From assembly GCF_032062105.1 (NCBI RefSeq), contig NW_026929981.1, positions 186,001 to 250,000 on the forward strand: a stretch of DNA of 64,000 nucleotides, in the 5' to 3' direction. The DNA is from Saccostrea cucullata (Eukaryota). Position 1 is the stretch's first letter. The number at the start of each line of letters is the position of its first letter. The notes below the pieces were generated by a model that was given only the letters and a program-made list of their open reading frames with translations, made no database searches and had not been told where the DNA came from. Of this stretch, positions 27,966-40,469 are shown one piece after another. Made by a program: the position numbers and the translations under genes.

Positions 27966-30900
27966 CTAATCCTGAAGTACACGTGAACTTCTAACTCTGC
28001 AGAGCAAACCAAAATGAAACATGGTATCCAAAATTTCTTCTCGATCCTTTTTCACTAAAAAGTTATAAGGTTTTGAGTAATGAATTCTACTTCTCAGATC
28101 TTCCACCTTTGAACCTTCAACCAAGTGTGTAAGATGTGTTTTATCCATATCCAAACGTGTGAAAATAATCTGCAATAAATAAAAATAATGTGCTCAGTAT
28201 GTTTATAAATTACCATCATAAGCAGTTCATTGCTTTTGTGCTGGTTATTAATTACATTAATTTTAGTTTTTTTTGTGATTACTGTATATTAATAAATGTC
28301 ACATTAATTATTGCCAATTAAACACGTTCGCTGCGTTTGTTTGTGTTGTGTGTCTGGTGTGAATGTTTTGAGAGGTCATGTGACATTGGTTATTCTTGTA
28401 TTTACACGTGCTTCCGGTTAGGTGACCTAATGTGACCTTACTGCTGACCAATAACTGACCGTTTTTATCTAATTAATATGCATGTTTTAATATCTGCGCT
28501 CAGTATATAAGCACTGTACCCGCCAAATTCTTGACCCCCACGATTTTTGCCTTTATGGTAGAAGACAGATTTACATTATATTATGTCAAAGATTTACTTG
28601 GTTTAATATTTAACTGGATTCCAATTTCCTTTATTATAATCATTATGTAAACGTATTTTTTATTTTATTAATTAATTCCGACAGCAAACAATCATATAAT
28701 TTATGTTTTGTTAATGTCTGTTCTTAAATGTAAAGTATTCGTCTTATGTGTGTATTGTGTTGTGAGAGTGTGTTTGATTTATACTTTGTAGGTTTATTAC
28801 TATATGCACATAAATAAATACAAAACTACTCCTACAAAAGACCCAAATTTGAGAGAAACACCAAGACCCCTTCTACTCTTATAATGTCCCTTAGTATTCC
28901 AATGAGTATTCTACGTGTACATGACTAGTTTTTCCCCTTTATTTCAAAGTAAAAGATTATAGAGATCAGTTGCAACAGGCTAGCGGCATAGGTTTATGAA
29001 CAGCATCTTTGTGGACCTTAAAACAAATTTTTTATTTCAAAGCGACATTTTTGTCAGTTGAAGCAGTCAATTTTGCCGGTCACCGGTTCTTAGGGAAAAC
29101 ACTGAGTCAGTCATCCAAAAAGATTGACTGACAACTCACTAATTATGATCAGAAAAGGACACAGAATCTTTACAGTAATAAAATAAAATAGAAATACTAA
29201 CCATGGTCTTCACACAAATTATTCCTAAACATGTAGTTCCTATGACAGATTTCTTGGTTTCCAGAAGAAGCTCTCCCCCATGTCGTCCCAGCAGTGTCTC
29301 TACAGATTGACCTGTTAACATCAAGTCTCTGATATTGAAATCAGTCGCAGTGTGTCCAGCATGTGCATGTGACCATATCTTTACCTGAAATCATATATTT
29401 TGAATGTGCTTATACTTCTAAAATCTTAAAACTGTATAAATTTGATAAACGAAAAGTCTGTGATGACAAAGTTAATTTACAGTGTACTTTATATTTTGTA
29501 ATAACAACAGAATTAAAATGCAAACCAAAAAGGTTGAATTACTACAGGGTCATGAAATTTCTTAAGATTAGAGAAAATTTTATTACAAACTGAATATTCC
29601 AAAATGTGCTCCATATAAACATACAGAGATGTTTTAAAAGTGATGACTTTGATTTAGCTGAAGCATTTTTTCACAAAATAAATAGAATATACAATGTTAC
29701 TGTTTACAGCTAGCAAATATTCAAAATTTTTATCAAAAATATATACCACTTAGAACTTCCATACGAACCTCTCCAACAGAAACTGTAATAAGAGATGCTC
29801 CTGCTTTTTCCATTGTTGAGTCTCCCTGCAGGCTGTATCTTAGATCAGGAACACTAGCTGTTTCTGTTCTATTAAGTGTCATTTGTACGGTCTGTGAAGC
29901 ATCTCCTCTCCTGCAAAATTTAAGTTAACTCTCAAACTTCATTTAAAAAAAAAAATTCTTTCAGAATTATGATATAAAGAAATAATATTCAGCTGATATT
30001 TAAATAAATTAAATGTGCTTCAAATAAGTGGGGTGAATTTCATTTTTTTCTCATTATATCTGATTCATAATAAAGATTGCCATGAAATATTTGGGGAAAC
30101 ACAACTTTTCTTGTTTTTATTTTAAAATTATTATGAAAACAATAGAACTGAAAATAGTAAAACATCATGCTGTCCTAGAGTTTCTTTCTTGAATTGACAT
30201 TTAAAAAAGAAGACGAAGCAATACAAGAAATATATCTAAACAAAGTTTGATTAATTTTTGAATTTGTTTCAAGCATAAAATAAAAACTCACACAGCATTT
30301 ATCAGGAAAATCTTGCTGAATAAAGTCAAAAGCTGACAGAATTCTCCTTTTACTCCAATTCTTCTTTCAGAAAACAACTCTTTTATAAAGTCAGAATAAT
30401 ACTGAACATACTCCAAGATCCCTGCATGCCAAAGACTGAAAAGATGCCTAAAAAATTAAAATAATTTTTTTAAAATTAGTGTTGTAACGCTAGCTGCAGA
30501 GTATCAAAAATCGTTGCTAAAAGTACATGTAGCATGTCAGTGACAATGGATAGAAAATTTTAAAATTTATAGCAATAATTTTTTTAAAATATGTATTTTA
30601 ACAAATAGTGTGTCTTTCAACATTAAAAAGGACATTCCTGGACCTCTATTTTTCTTACAAATAGCACTCAAATTTCCTCACTAAACATATTAAAATGAAG
30701 CTGGTCCCACAGATTTTTACTGACATATCAAATTTATTTCTGAGGGTGAGTGAGGATATCTGAATATTTCATAATTAACCTTTAGTCCTTATTTAAATTA
30801 CAGATGTACTGATCATATAATGGATTGTAAGCTACAATTTGATAATTGAATCAGATAATAAAATTGGGCCGATTTGCAACACTAGTCATTTAGCATTGTT

Positions 30901-31666
30901 ATGTTTCAGTAAATACAGAAGGAAATGCAAGATTTTAATGACTTTTCCTTGGGTTGAAATTATTCTGTGTTTGATCTCATATCTCAGATATCAACTACAA
31001 CAAGAATAGTTAATAGATGTCTAGGGCCTGTCAGTATTTTATTTCTGGAGAGCTACAGTTCTGCAGCTGGTCCATACCTAGCTTTAATTCTCTTATGACC
31101 CCTATAATTTGAAACAAAGACTTGACATAAAAACCATACCAGGAAAGATCATCTAAAGATGATGCTGATTCAATTTCCACTTTGATTTTTGCTATTGATT
31201 GTGCACATTTTTTGGTTTCTTCTAAAACATCCCCCGAACTCAATTGTTCCATTTTAGCCAACCCTTCATCAGCATCTAAACTATGTAAACACTTTTTCGT
31301 TAATTCAACCAGAAATCCCTTTATCTGAAGAAGTTTCGTCCAAAATGTTGCATCGTTTACTAACACAGAATACGTGTACATATTTTTCAGGACTGAGTTG
31401 TATAACTCTGATAGTTCTGTTGCTTTTTCATCATAAAAGAGTCCATACGATTCTAATGTAAGAATATCCCAGTTTGCTACATGATCATGCCTCGGACATT
31501 TCACTCCTGCAGAACTGTAACTGTCATCGCTTTCACGAGAAGATGGAGATTGTGTTCGAGGGCTTGGGGTTAAATTTCTTTTTCGCTTTCGTCGAACTGA
31601 AGGGTATAATAATGGTGATCGTGTAGAGGAGCTTGTAGCACTACTATCTGAAAAATCCTGTTCCAT
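27966..31666 (-). CDS. Five-exon, 403-aa uncharacterised protein with a predicted PD-(D/E)XK restriction-endonuclease-like domain
   Basis: Exons 31666-31140, 30447-30292, 29910-29769, 29384-29202, 28169-27966. All introns GT-AG with matching phases 2,2,0,0; 1212 nt with no internal stop. Spliced protein has a Ser-rich N-terminus with RRKRKR, then SVPDLRY...ITVSVGE|VK...LLGRHGGELLLE...CLGIICVKTM|IIFTRL. Confidence 0.8.
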
Positions 31667-31736
31667 TTCTTTGCATCTACATGGTATAAGATGTTTGAAT
31701 TGTTTCTGAACTTTGATTACTTTCTCAATCTAGTTT

Positions 31737-31747
31737 ACTTTCACTTT
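31737..31747 (-). promoter_or_regulatory. IRF-E-like site AAAGTGAAAGT ~70 bp upstream of the nuclease-like gene ATG
   Basis: Plus-strand ACTTTCACTTT; matches the IRF1-type AAGTGAAAGT core. Confidence 0.5.
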
Positions 31748-32118
31748 GTCGTGGATACGCGTTTATCAGTAGAGCACGCCCGATTGAAATTAATATACAT
31801 TTTGAATTTCTTAAAGTAATATACGCTATAACGTGCGCCATTTTAAAATACGGCTGGAAATTTATATATTTTGTTAACCAATAAAAGTTACGAAAATGCT
31901 GTAAATTACACCATTTAAATAAAATTCGTTATAAAGTTATCAAATTATAATTATTTATTACCCTGCAAGGAGAATAATGTCTATTTTTAAGTAAATCCAC
32001 CACGTGACGCCGTCGCTGCTTTTAGATTGATAAACAAACACGGCGTCAAGAAAGCGAGGTAAGCCCTTTGAGATACAACTCACTTTTGACATGGATGGCG
32101 TGTTACTATTAATATAAC

Positions 32119-33089
32119 CAGGCGCGTAGCTGCCTATACGCAAGTACGCAAGTGCGTACACATCATTTTCCAAAAAAGAAAGAAAGAAAGAGGGATAAAA
32201 GAAAAGAAGGAAAAAAAGAAAGAGAATTTTATTCGGGGAAAAGAGGCACTACCCATGTTTCAAATTATTTTGCGTCTTATTGTTTCGATTCAATTATTTT
32301 TTCAGCATGTCTGCACATTCAAATTTAGTCCTTTATAAAATTAATTCCAAAAACATCTTCAACATTCTTGAGGGAAAAGAATTGTTGAACCAAAATGTTC
32401 AACTGTTAATCCGCGTAATCATGATTATCCAGACAAATATTTGATAAGGAAAGCGATCTAAGGGACTTTGATCGAAAGAAAAAGTTACAAAGGTCTTGGA
32501 CGACTATCCAAGATATTTAATGTCCGTAGAGGTAATGAATAAATGTCGTTAAACAATTTAAATTATGGCGAACAAAATAAATAATAATATAGCTTCTTTT
32601 ACTGATGTTACCAATTTAAAGAATTATATTATAATTGAAGCATTCTCGAATCGTTTCAGCTATCAAATACATGTATGAAGGTAATCAAAAGACAACAACA
32701 CCCCCGTTTATATTTTGTAATATCTAAACTCCAACTGATGATAACGATATTGAAATTGCTACTCTGTTTTATCTTGATACACTTGGAAACTTTTTTCTAA
32801 TACCTATATGTGCGTAAATTAATTTGATAAATTATCGTTCTCTTCCCGAAGTATCAATGGAAGCAGTATAACTTATAGCTAAGTGTTTGCTCGAGAAAAG
32901 TGATATAATCGTGATTTCTTTTACGAGAAAATGACTGAAAATTTTCTTAAAATCCAGGAGCTTCCGGGGGCTTCGCCCCCTGGGCCCCCACCAGGCCTTT
33001 GCCCTGGACCCACTGGGGGCCTCAGGGCGGCCCCCAGACCCCCGACCGTTTTCTGAGTACACTTCATTTCCATGCTGGCTACGCGCCTG
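32119..33089. mobile_element. Non-autonomous TIR DNA transposon, 5-bp TSD ATAAC
   Basis: TIRs CAGGCGCGTAGC / GCTACGCGCCTG; ATAAC on both flanks; GC-rich hairpin-like block at 32955-33045. Confidence 0.8.
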
Positions 33090-33638
33090 ATAACTTATCT
33101 TTAAATGTAATCAGTATCAACCATCTATACTCTGTTATGACGCATATTAACCTTTTATTAATAATCGTTGTCAAAATGCAACGTGCCTCGTTGTCTATAA
33201 TTTCCCGTGGACATACGTGTCTATATTTAGACCTACTGTTTACGCACTTCCTTTTTCAATATTCATGAAAAGACTGAATTCTTGATTGCAGATATTGCTT
33301 TATTGTTCTGTTATTACAACGAGTTTTATAGTTAAATTTTGTGGAAATATTATTTTTTCATTACACTTTATGTGTTTCAAATCATTTAATCATTTTGTTT
33401 CACATACAAATCGGCATCCATACGGCGTATATTACTTTAAATTGCAAAACTTTAATTAATGTAACACATGTAATATATGGGAGTATACCAATATTTGATT
33501 TAAAATATCTTGGTTTGCTATAAAAGATGTATTTCTTGTTCATCATGTTAACTGTTCACATGTTTACTTGTTCTATTTGTACTAACATACCCCATGTGGG
33601 GGCTTTAGGGAAAAAAAGTTTCAAAGTTTATTAATATT

Positions 33639-33799
33639 CACTGGCGGATTTAGAGGGGGCAGGGAGCCCGGGTCCCCTTTTGTGTTAAAAAATAATACAC
33701 AAGATTTGATAAATAGTTTGTTGGTTTGTCTGTGGATCCCTACCCTGATCCCAAACTGGTCACCCCCCCTTCTTTTCAAGATTTCTGGATCCGTCACTG
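33639..33799. mobile_element. Short MITE (CAGTGGCGGAT-type ends)
   Basis: CACTGGCGGATTTAGA...TCTGGATCCGTCACTG imperfect TIRs. Confidence 0.55.
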
Positions 33800-34785
33800 A
33801 CATTTATATTGAAAAAATGATCGGAAAAGTCATATATCAAAATGACACTGGAATTAAATAAGTATCTATAAGCTAAAAACTGTAGTAATCTTAAATAAAA
33901 ATGATAACGCTTTTCCGATTCACTATTACATAATTGTTTTCATCAAATGTTAAGAAAATAAACTCGGTGAACATTCCAAAAATTAAAGATTTTTAAAAAA
34001 ATTACTGCAAGTTTAATTAAATAAGATTTGTTTTAGCTATAAATTTTCTTTTTTAAAAACCAATCATGGATCTTTAGGTTTAAGGTCTAACTAGCAGGGA
34101 AAAGATTCACAAGTGAGTTTTTATATCATGTTTTTTCAAAACATTTCTGAATCCGATCTATGACAGTTTTAATGCAACACTTTAAAAAGGCTAAAGCGTG
34201 AATAAAATACTGGCCATTTATAATTTGATAATATAATAATGTTGCATTGAACATATTTTTAATATGAATTTATTATATGGAATCAAAAAAGAATCTACAG
34301 CCACCAATAGGTCCGTGTCCACAAAACTCACCTGCTGAATAACTTATGTTCTAGCCCCGTTTACTTCATGGTAGTAGAATGCAGTAGTGGTTAATTTTTT
34401 ACAGATTTTTTAACAATATACCTTACTTTTATCTATATATAGGCGATGCCATGCTAAAAAAATTTATTGAAATTTATTTTTTAAAATTTTTGTTACTGGT
34501 CACCTTCTAGGTATAAAGGGAAGAAATGGATATATTCAAATGTACTGAACGACATTTTGTCCATCACATGTACAGTACCTCTAGGAAACCGGCGGCATTT
34601 AGCAGGATTTCAACCACAGTACTTCTGGTTTGTCAGTAGCATTGGGCGGCAAATGCTAAAAACCACGGACGTCATCAGAAGCATTGTCAACAAAATGTCT
34701 CTCAATGCAAATGGCATTACAAAAAGAACTGTCTTTGACAAATGCCGTTCAATGCTGCGTGCTGACATTACTAGAAGCTATTTAA

Positions 34786-35730
34786 GGTAGGACCAAATAG
34801 ATAGGTGAAATTTTTCCTCAAATTCAATTTTTCTGAAACTTTGATATTTTGTTCTTGGATACAAAATCTCTCTTTATACATGATATGAAAGAAATTCAAC
34901 CGCACATTTTTTGCCCACATAGTCTGAAATATGGCCTATCAGACCCCTGTAAGAAGATTGCAAAATCAGACATTCGACTTGAGAATGAGCCTTATTTTAG
35001 AATTTTCAATTGATCTATTGCAAATTTGTGTAATACTTTCAATAAAGATAACCTTTTTGTTACTTTAAATCAGTAAGTCACATTGATACTGGAAAATTTG
35101 GGTAAAATATTAAGTAAAATAGAACATACATTGTATCAGAAACTGAAAATTCACATGTAAATATCCGACAGTTTATGTTTTCTTAAGAGAAAATGTATAA
35201 TTCAATTTTTACAAAAAATCAACAGAATGATTCAAACGGGTCCTAGAATAAAATGTGTAAAAATAAAGAAAATTGAACCGGTGGTTTAAGATATTTTGGC
35301 GATTAAAAAAAATTCAATGGCAAAAAAAATGAAAGATTCAGAAGATGACGTCACAATATTTGACCTTTGACCTCGTGATATGACCTTGACATTTGTAGTA
35401 CATGAAGAATAGAGACTCCTTATATATGTGTCCAAATATCTCCCCTCTACTATTTATGGAACAAAAGTTGCATTGCATTTTATAACAGACTGTTACATGT
35501 TTGTTTATTGCACTTAGATAGCGTAAACACATTCCAAAATGTAAGCTCCCAAGTGACCAATATATAGGATTCTCTGATTTTTTCACAAAATATAACGCAA
35601 ATATGCCAAAACTTATTATTTTTCTTTCAGGGATCATTCATTGTTGTCAATATAGTAATATTATTCTTTTTTCCTCCAGTAATTTTTAAGAAATGGGTTA
35701 AAATAGAATTCTCGGGTGTTTTGTCCTACC
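34786..35730. mobile_element. Non-autonomous Kolobok-like element (TTAA TSD)
   Basis: TTAA|GGTAGGAC...GTCCTACC|TTAA; purine-purine termini with a TTAA target fit Kolobok. Confidence 0.75.
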
Positions 35731-37049
35731 TTAATTCTATGACAAATGCAACTGGTATTTCGGGTACACTTTCTTGAACAAATTTAGTTTCCACTACAAC
35801 CAATTTTTTTAGGATTTGCATGACAATTTAGTTGAAGCATAGGGACAGGAAACCAGGCTAATGGCCTTCGTGCTTGCACTTCGGAAGGCCTCAGGTACCA
35901 GGCTACAAGCCCTTAAAATAAATAAATGTTATGAACGTTGATTCAAATTTAATTATGAAATATACTAGATACAGTATTCATTACGTACAATGTACATAGC
36001 AAACATTTCTCTTGTTAATAGATAGAAACGTACAATTAGAATAAAGTTACATGTATAATTTGTAATATTTATTTTCGTCGGACAACAAATTATCTTTAAA
36101 GCTGACATGAACTCTTAAAAAGGCATTAGTTTTCATCTTTGTACGATTTACTACATTCCTGTACGCCCTTGTCCGCCATATTTCTTCGATTCCGCCATAT
36201 TTTGTCGAAGATTTTTGGCCACCCGTACCTGCTATATATAGCCTTGTAGAATTGTTTCACCTGAGTGATTTTCTAGCCTGGCTGTTGACATGTTCACATC
36301 TCCGATAGCATAGTTTTTAGAAGTCCATAAACTGAATAAACTGACCAAATACATGAATTCAACAAAAAAAATAGAACTAAACCGAGAATTAAATTATTTT
36401 TGAATGTATTTGCTGCAATATAGAAAATACACTAACACGGAATACATTCATGTACAGCAAAAATCCATACAGGTCGAGAAAACGCGTCAAATGCAGTGAT
36501 AAAACATTTACCTGAATTTACTGCTATCGTTACAGGGATGTGCACATGTCGAAAGAATTATCCTACTTTACTTTTATTGAAAAATGCATCTCAGAAGTCA
36601 TGTAATCCATTGCTAACTCAACAGTAAAAGATGCTTGGACACACGTGGCCCATGCCGATCATTTTATTTGGTCAGGGAAAATATCAAAGGTTGAAAGCTC
36701 AGTGGGGTTGATTGAAAAAAATGCAAGTAATTTTTTTCAAAACTAAACATTACTCTTGTCTGTAAATGTTGCAAATAGAATTTATGATTACATGGTTTAA
36801 CTTCATTAAATTTATAATAAAGCATGCGTTATTACGAATCATTTACCTTTTGAAGATATTTTCCTGTGATAGGGGGGGGGGTGTAATAAAACATGCATAT
36901 TAACACTCTCATAAAAATAATTTAAGAAAAACGTCTGAAACAGATTGATTTCTTTATGATCAATTATTATCAAATAAATACTGTGTATTGGCTTTATTAG
37001 ACCTAATATAATTTGATTTAAAGTTATTTATAATTTTATGCACAATGAA

Positions 37050-37475
37050 TGAAAACATACCCCACGCTCCCCCCAAAGTCGAAGTGCTGAAATTCCCAGA
37101 AAAAAATAAAGGAATCGTAATTTCCTTGTTATATGCACATCTATGCACATTGTTTTCTAAATATCTGCTAAGTTTGAAGAAATTGTGTGCAGCGGTTTAT
37201 GAGGAATTGCGCTGAGAAAAAACTGCTCATCTTTATATTGAAGACATGGCCAAAATCTAGATGTAAAAGTGCGGAAATTCCCGAAAAAATAAAGAATTCG
37301 GAATTTCCTGGTGATGTGCAAATCTAGACACACATTGACTCCTATAAATATCTCGAAAGATCGACAAATCTCTGTGCAGTGGTTTATAAGAAGTTGCGCT
37401 GACCAAAAAAAAAAAGGGACTGACTGATGGGTCCAAAACATTATATCTCACGCAACTTGTTGCGAGGGGTATAAT
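37050..37475. mobile_element. Helentron-associated short element nested in the Kolobok-like element
   Basis: Two ~180-bp internal repeats (TGTGCAGCGGTTTATGAGGAATTGCGCTGA) and a terminal hairpin CTCACGCAACTTGTTGCGAG followed by GGGTATAAT. Confidence 0.55.
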
Positions 37476-38087
37476 AAACGAGTTTGATTCTGTGGTACAA
37501 TGATAATGAAAATAGAATTTAATGTGAATTAAATTTCTAGGCATAAAAAATTAATGATTACTAGAAAAAGCAGATAGAAAGAGAGAGCAAACCCCCGTGA
37601 GAATTCCACATTTTACCTACAATTAGCTTTTTAAAAATTCTCTTGTCTGTTGTCCAGGTCCAGGTTCGACTCGTACGTTTGAATATAGGTGTCGGAACCG
37701 GGGGTGGCTTTTTTTACAAATATATACTTAGTATAGACATTGAACATTGCTGCGTAGGTTTAGCCCCCCCCCCCCCCACTTTCCACAGACAAGTCGCAGT
37801 ATAGATTAAAAAAGAGGAAAGTGTTGGTGTTTGGAGAAAAATTTTGTTTCTGAAGTTCGAACCTACCTCCCCCCCCCTTTCCCCCACACGAAATAAGATA
37901 TTCGTGTTTTGGAAAAGGACATTTCCCCCTTTTTCTTAAGTTTGTCAGATTTTTTGAATGTATAAAAAATATTCTTTGCACTTAGCCCCCACCCCCACTT
38001 TCAATTTGCTTCCGAGGCCAATGCGTTTGAGAAGGTATTTGAAAAAGTTCCCATTGTACCCATTCCTGTGATGTATGTTTCACGTTT

Positions 38088-38394
38088 ATTATATCCCCCG
38101 CTTGAAAAGTGGAAGGGTATATAGTAATAGTTATGTCCGTCCGTCGGTCTGTTACGCTTTGGGGTACCCATCTCTTATTCGCAAATCCTCTTATACCACT
38201 AAGTGAAATTTAATAAAACTTTCACAGAATCTTAGGTTTATTACATATTACCATTGTGCACCTCCTTTTTTACTTTTTGATCCGACACGTATTTTGGGTT
38301 TAGCGACAACAGCAAAATATGGACTTTGCCATTATAACCATATGGGAGGCGGGGATATCATTTAGTGAGCTCATTGCTCACAATACCTCTAGTT
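38088..38394. mobile_element. HINE-like short element
   Basis: TTATATCCCCCGCTTGAAAAGTGGAAGGGTATA, (GTCC) tract, ends CTCACAATACCTCTAGTT; a related inverted copy lies at ~55240-55500. Confidence 0.5.
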
Positions 38395-40469
38395 TATCTT
38401 TCAATTTGGCCGTTTGGATTAACTTCTTGTCCAAATTAAAATTATTATTCAATTTATGAAGTTTTGACATCCCGCCTGAAAAAAAAATCCTTGATCTGTC
38501 CTAAGGCTTAATAATGGTACAGCACAAAGTGCGTAGGATCTTATACCTATTATTGCCCTAAGGGATGATTACAGAGAGAGAGAGAGAGAGAGAGTTCAGT
38601 ATACAAGAGAGTAAATAAAAATTATCCGTATTCAACCAGTGTCAAGAATCCCTACCCTAGCTTTTAAAATTATCTCCCAAATACTGCTACAGAAATTATT
38701 TTTATATAAAAAAAAATAGCTAGACTATCAGGCAGGGATACTGAAATATCGAAAGACTCTCTAAAACAACATAATTATAAAACATTTATACATTCCTCAA
38801 AATGCACATACTTTGTGGTCGGAGTGACACATTTAAAAAAAAAATTTCAAAATTGAATTCGGCAGAGATGTCTGTCTTCCAAGAATATTTAGATAACGGT
38901 CATGTCAATTATTTTTGCACCCCCCCTCCCCCCCCCCCCCCGCCTAAAAAATCAAATGCCTAAATGTCAATCTGAACAGGAGATGGCATTTCTTCGTGTG
39001 TTTGTGTGTTAAAGAACGTATAGATCTATGTACACATAAAAAAATAGTATTCTGGTTAACTGCTTTTAAGATTTGAAGTAAATAATTACCGTACATCAAA
39101 TTACCTGGTTTAGATTTGAGATTACTACTAAAATAATCAGTTATAATTGACAAATTAATTTTGCGACGCAAACCAACTGCAGACTACTAGTATATTCATG
39201 ACTTTGTATAGAATGAATATTAGAACTACATGTAGATAGACAATTCACAATTATAGCACAATTAACCCCCCCCTTTCAGCCGCGCAAATACCAAATAATT
39301 TCTCTTTCCACTTGTGATATTTTCCCCGACCAAAATCTGATCAGCATGCACGGACTAAGTGTATCGACGTGCTAGTCTGTGCGGAGTAATGACAGTGTGT
39401 TTACTATTGAGCTTTTGTGGAGTTTATTTCTTTTTTGTGATGCATATTTCAATAAATGGAATTCAGGGTGTATATCACTTGACTTGTGCACATCTTCGAA
39501 CCGATGCAGTAACCTTATTACCAGGTATGGGTACGTTTACAGCGTTCGAGGCGTTTTCTCGATATGCATCGATTGCATAGGGGCTGCAAATCAAAGACGT
39601 TGGTTGTTTTGTTCCATTCAAATGATATAATTTCAAATTGTGTTTGCAGATTTTACTGCTTTTTATTTCAAGTTTATTCTGCATAAATTGGCGCACTGTA
39701 AAAATACGTACTCGTGCATCTAAATTTCTCACCAAACTTGCATAATTTTGATTCAAATCAATAATTATTCAGAAATATGATTATTGTGTTGTTTATTGTG
39801 GTTTTGAAATGTCTTGATGTCCTCATGTGTTCTCATATGCTTTACGGTTACCATCGGAGATGTGCACAAGTCGATACCCAAACCAAAAAATCATTCAAGT
39901 GTAACGAGCGCATTTGGGTATATATCGTTACAATGATACAAGGTCTCTGAAAGAAATATGGCGGAATACGGCTAAAGTTGGTATGAAACAAGTCGTACAT
40001 AGATGAACATGTTGCGTTTTTAAGAATTCATGTCAGCTTTAACTTTTAACTATAACAGTTTTTCCATGCTCTTAGTGCATATGATGGTAACACTATTCGC
40101 ATTGTCTGTTAAAAAAACGATAATAAAAAATTATTCCCAAAAATATCATTATATTATTAACATATAATTAAAAACAATTCAATTATAATCAACAACATTA
40201 GTAATTATAAAAAGAACAAGATATACAAATCAAGTAACATTTCTTTTCCTTATTCTTTTTATATGCAAAGATCATAATTTTATATCTTTAAAGATGAAGT
40301 TTATAAATACAAGATACTTCATTTAAAAAACACGCAGTTTGAAAAAAAAATGCATTTTTTGCTACAGAATAATTTAAATCTTTACCATTTCATTTTTTCC
40401 TTAAAAATTATTCGATATCGTTATGACAGAGAAAAACGTTCAAAAATTGTGAATGTTAGTGTTTCAACT

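Larger units (their letters stand above)
36100..40038. mobile_element. 3.9-kb non-autonomous Kolobok-like element with long (~600-750 bp) degenerate TIRs and nested inserts
   Basis: TTAA|AGCTGACATGAACTCTTAAAAA...TTTTTAAGAATTCATGTCAGCT|TTAA; further inverted matches CCGCCATATTTCTT, CACATCTCCGAT, TCGAGAAAACGC and GGAAAATATCA between 36100-36720 and 39260-40038. Confidence 0.75.

Noticed and set aside
31031-31139. C-terminal tail of the 211-aa ORF (YGFYVKSLF...)
   Set aside because: Read-through into intron 1; the donor TG|GTATGG at 31140 joins in phase with exon 2.
27966-40038. Nuclease-like gene as cargo or transposase of the neighbouring TIR elements
   Set aside because: It lies outside every TIR pair I could identify and shows no DDE or THAP features.
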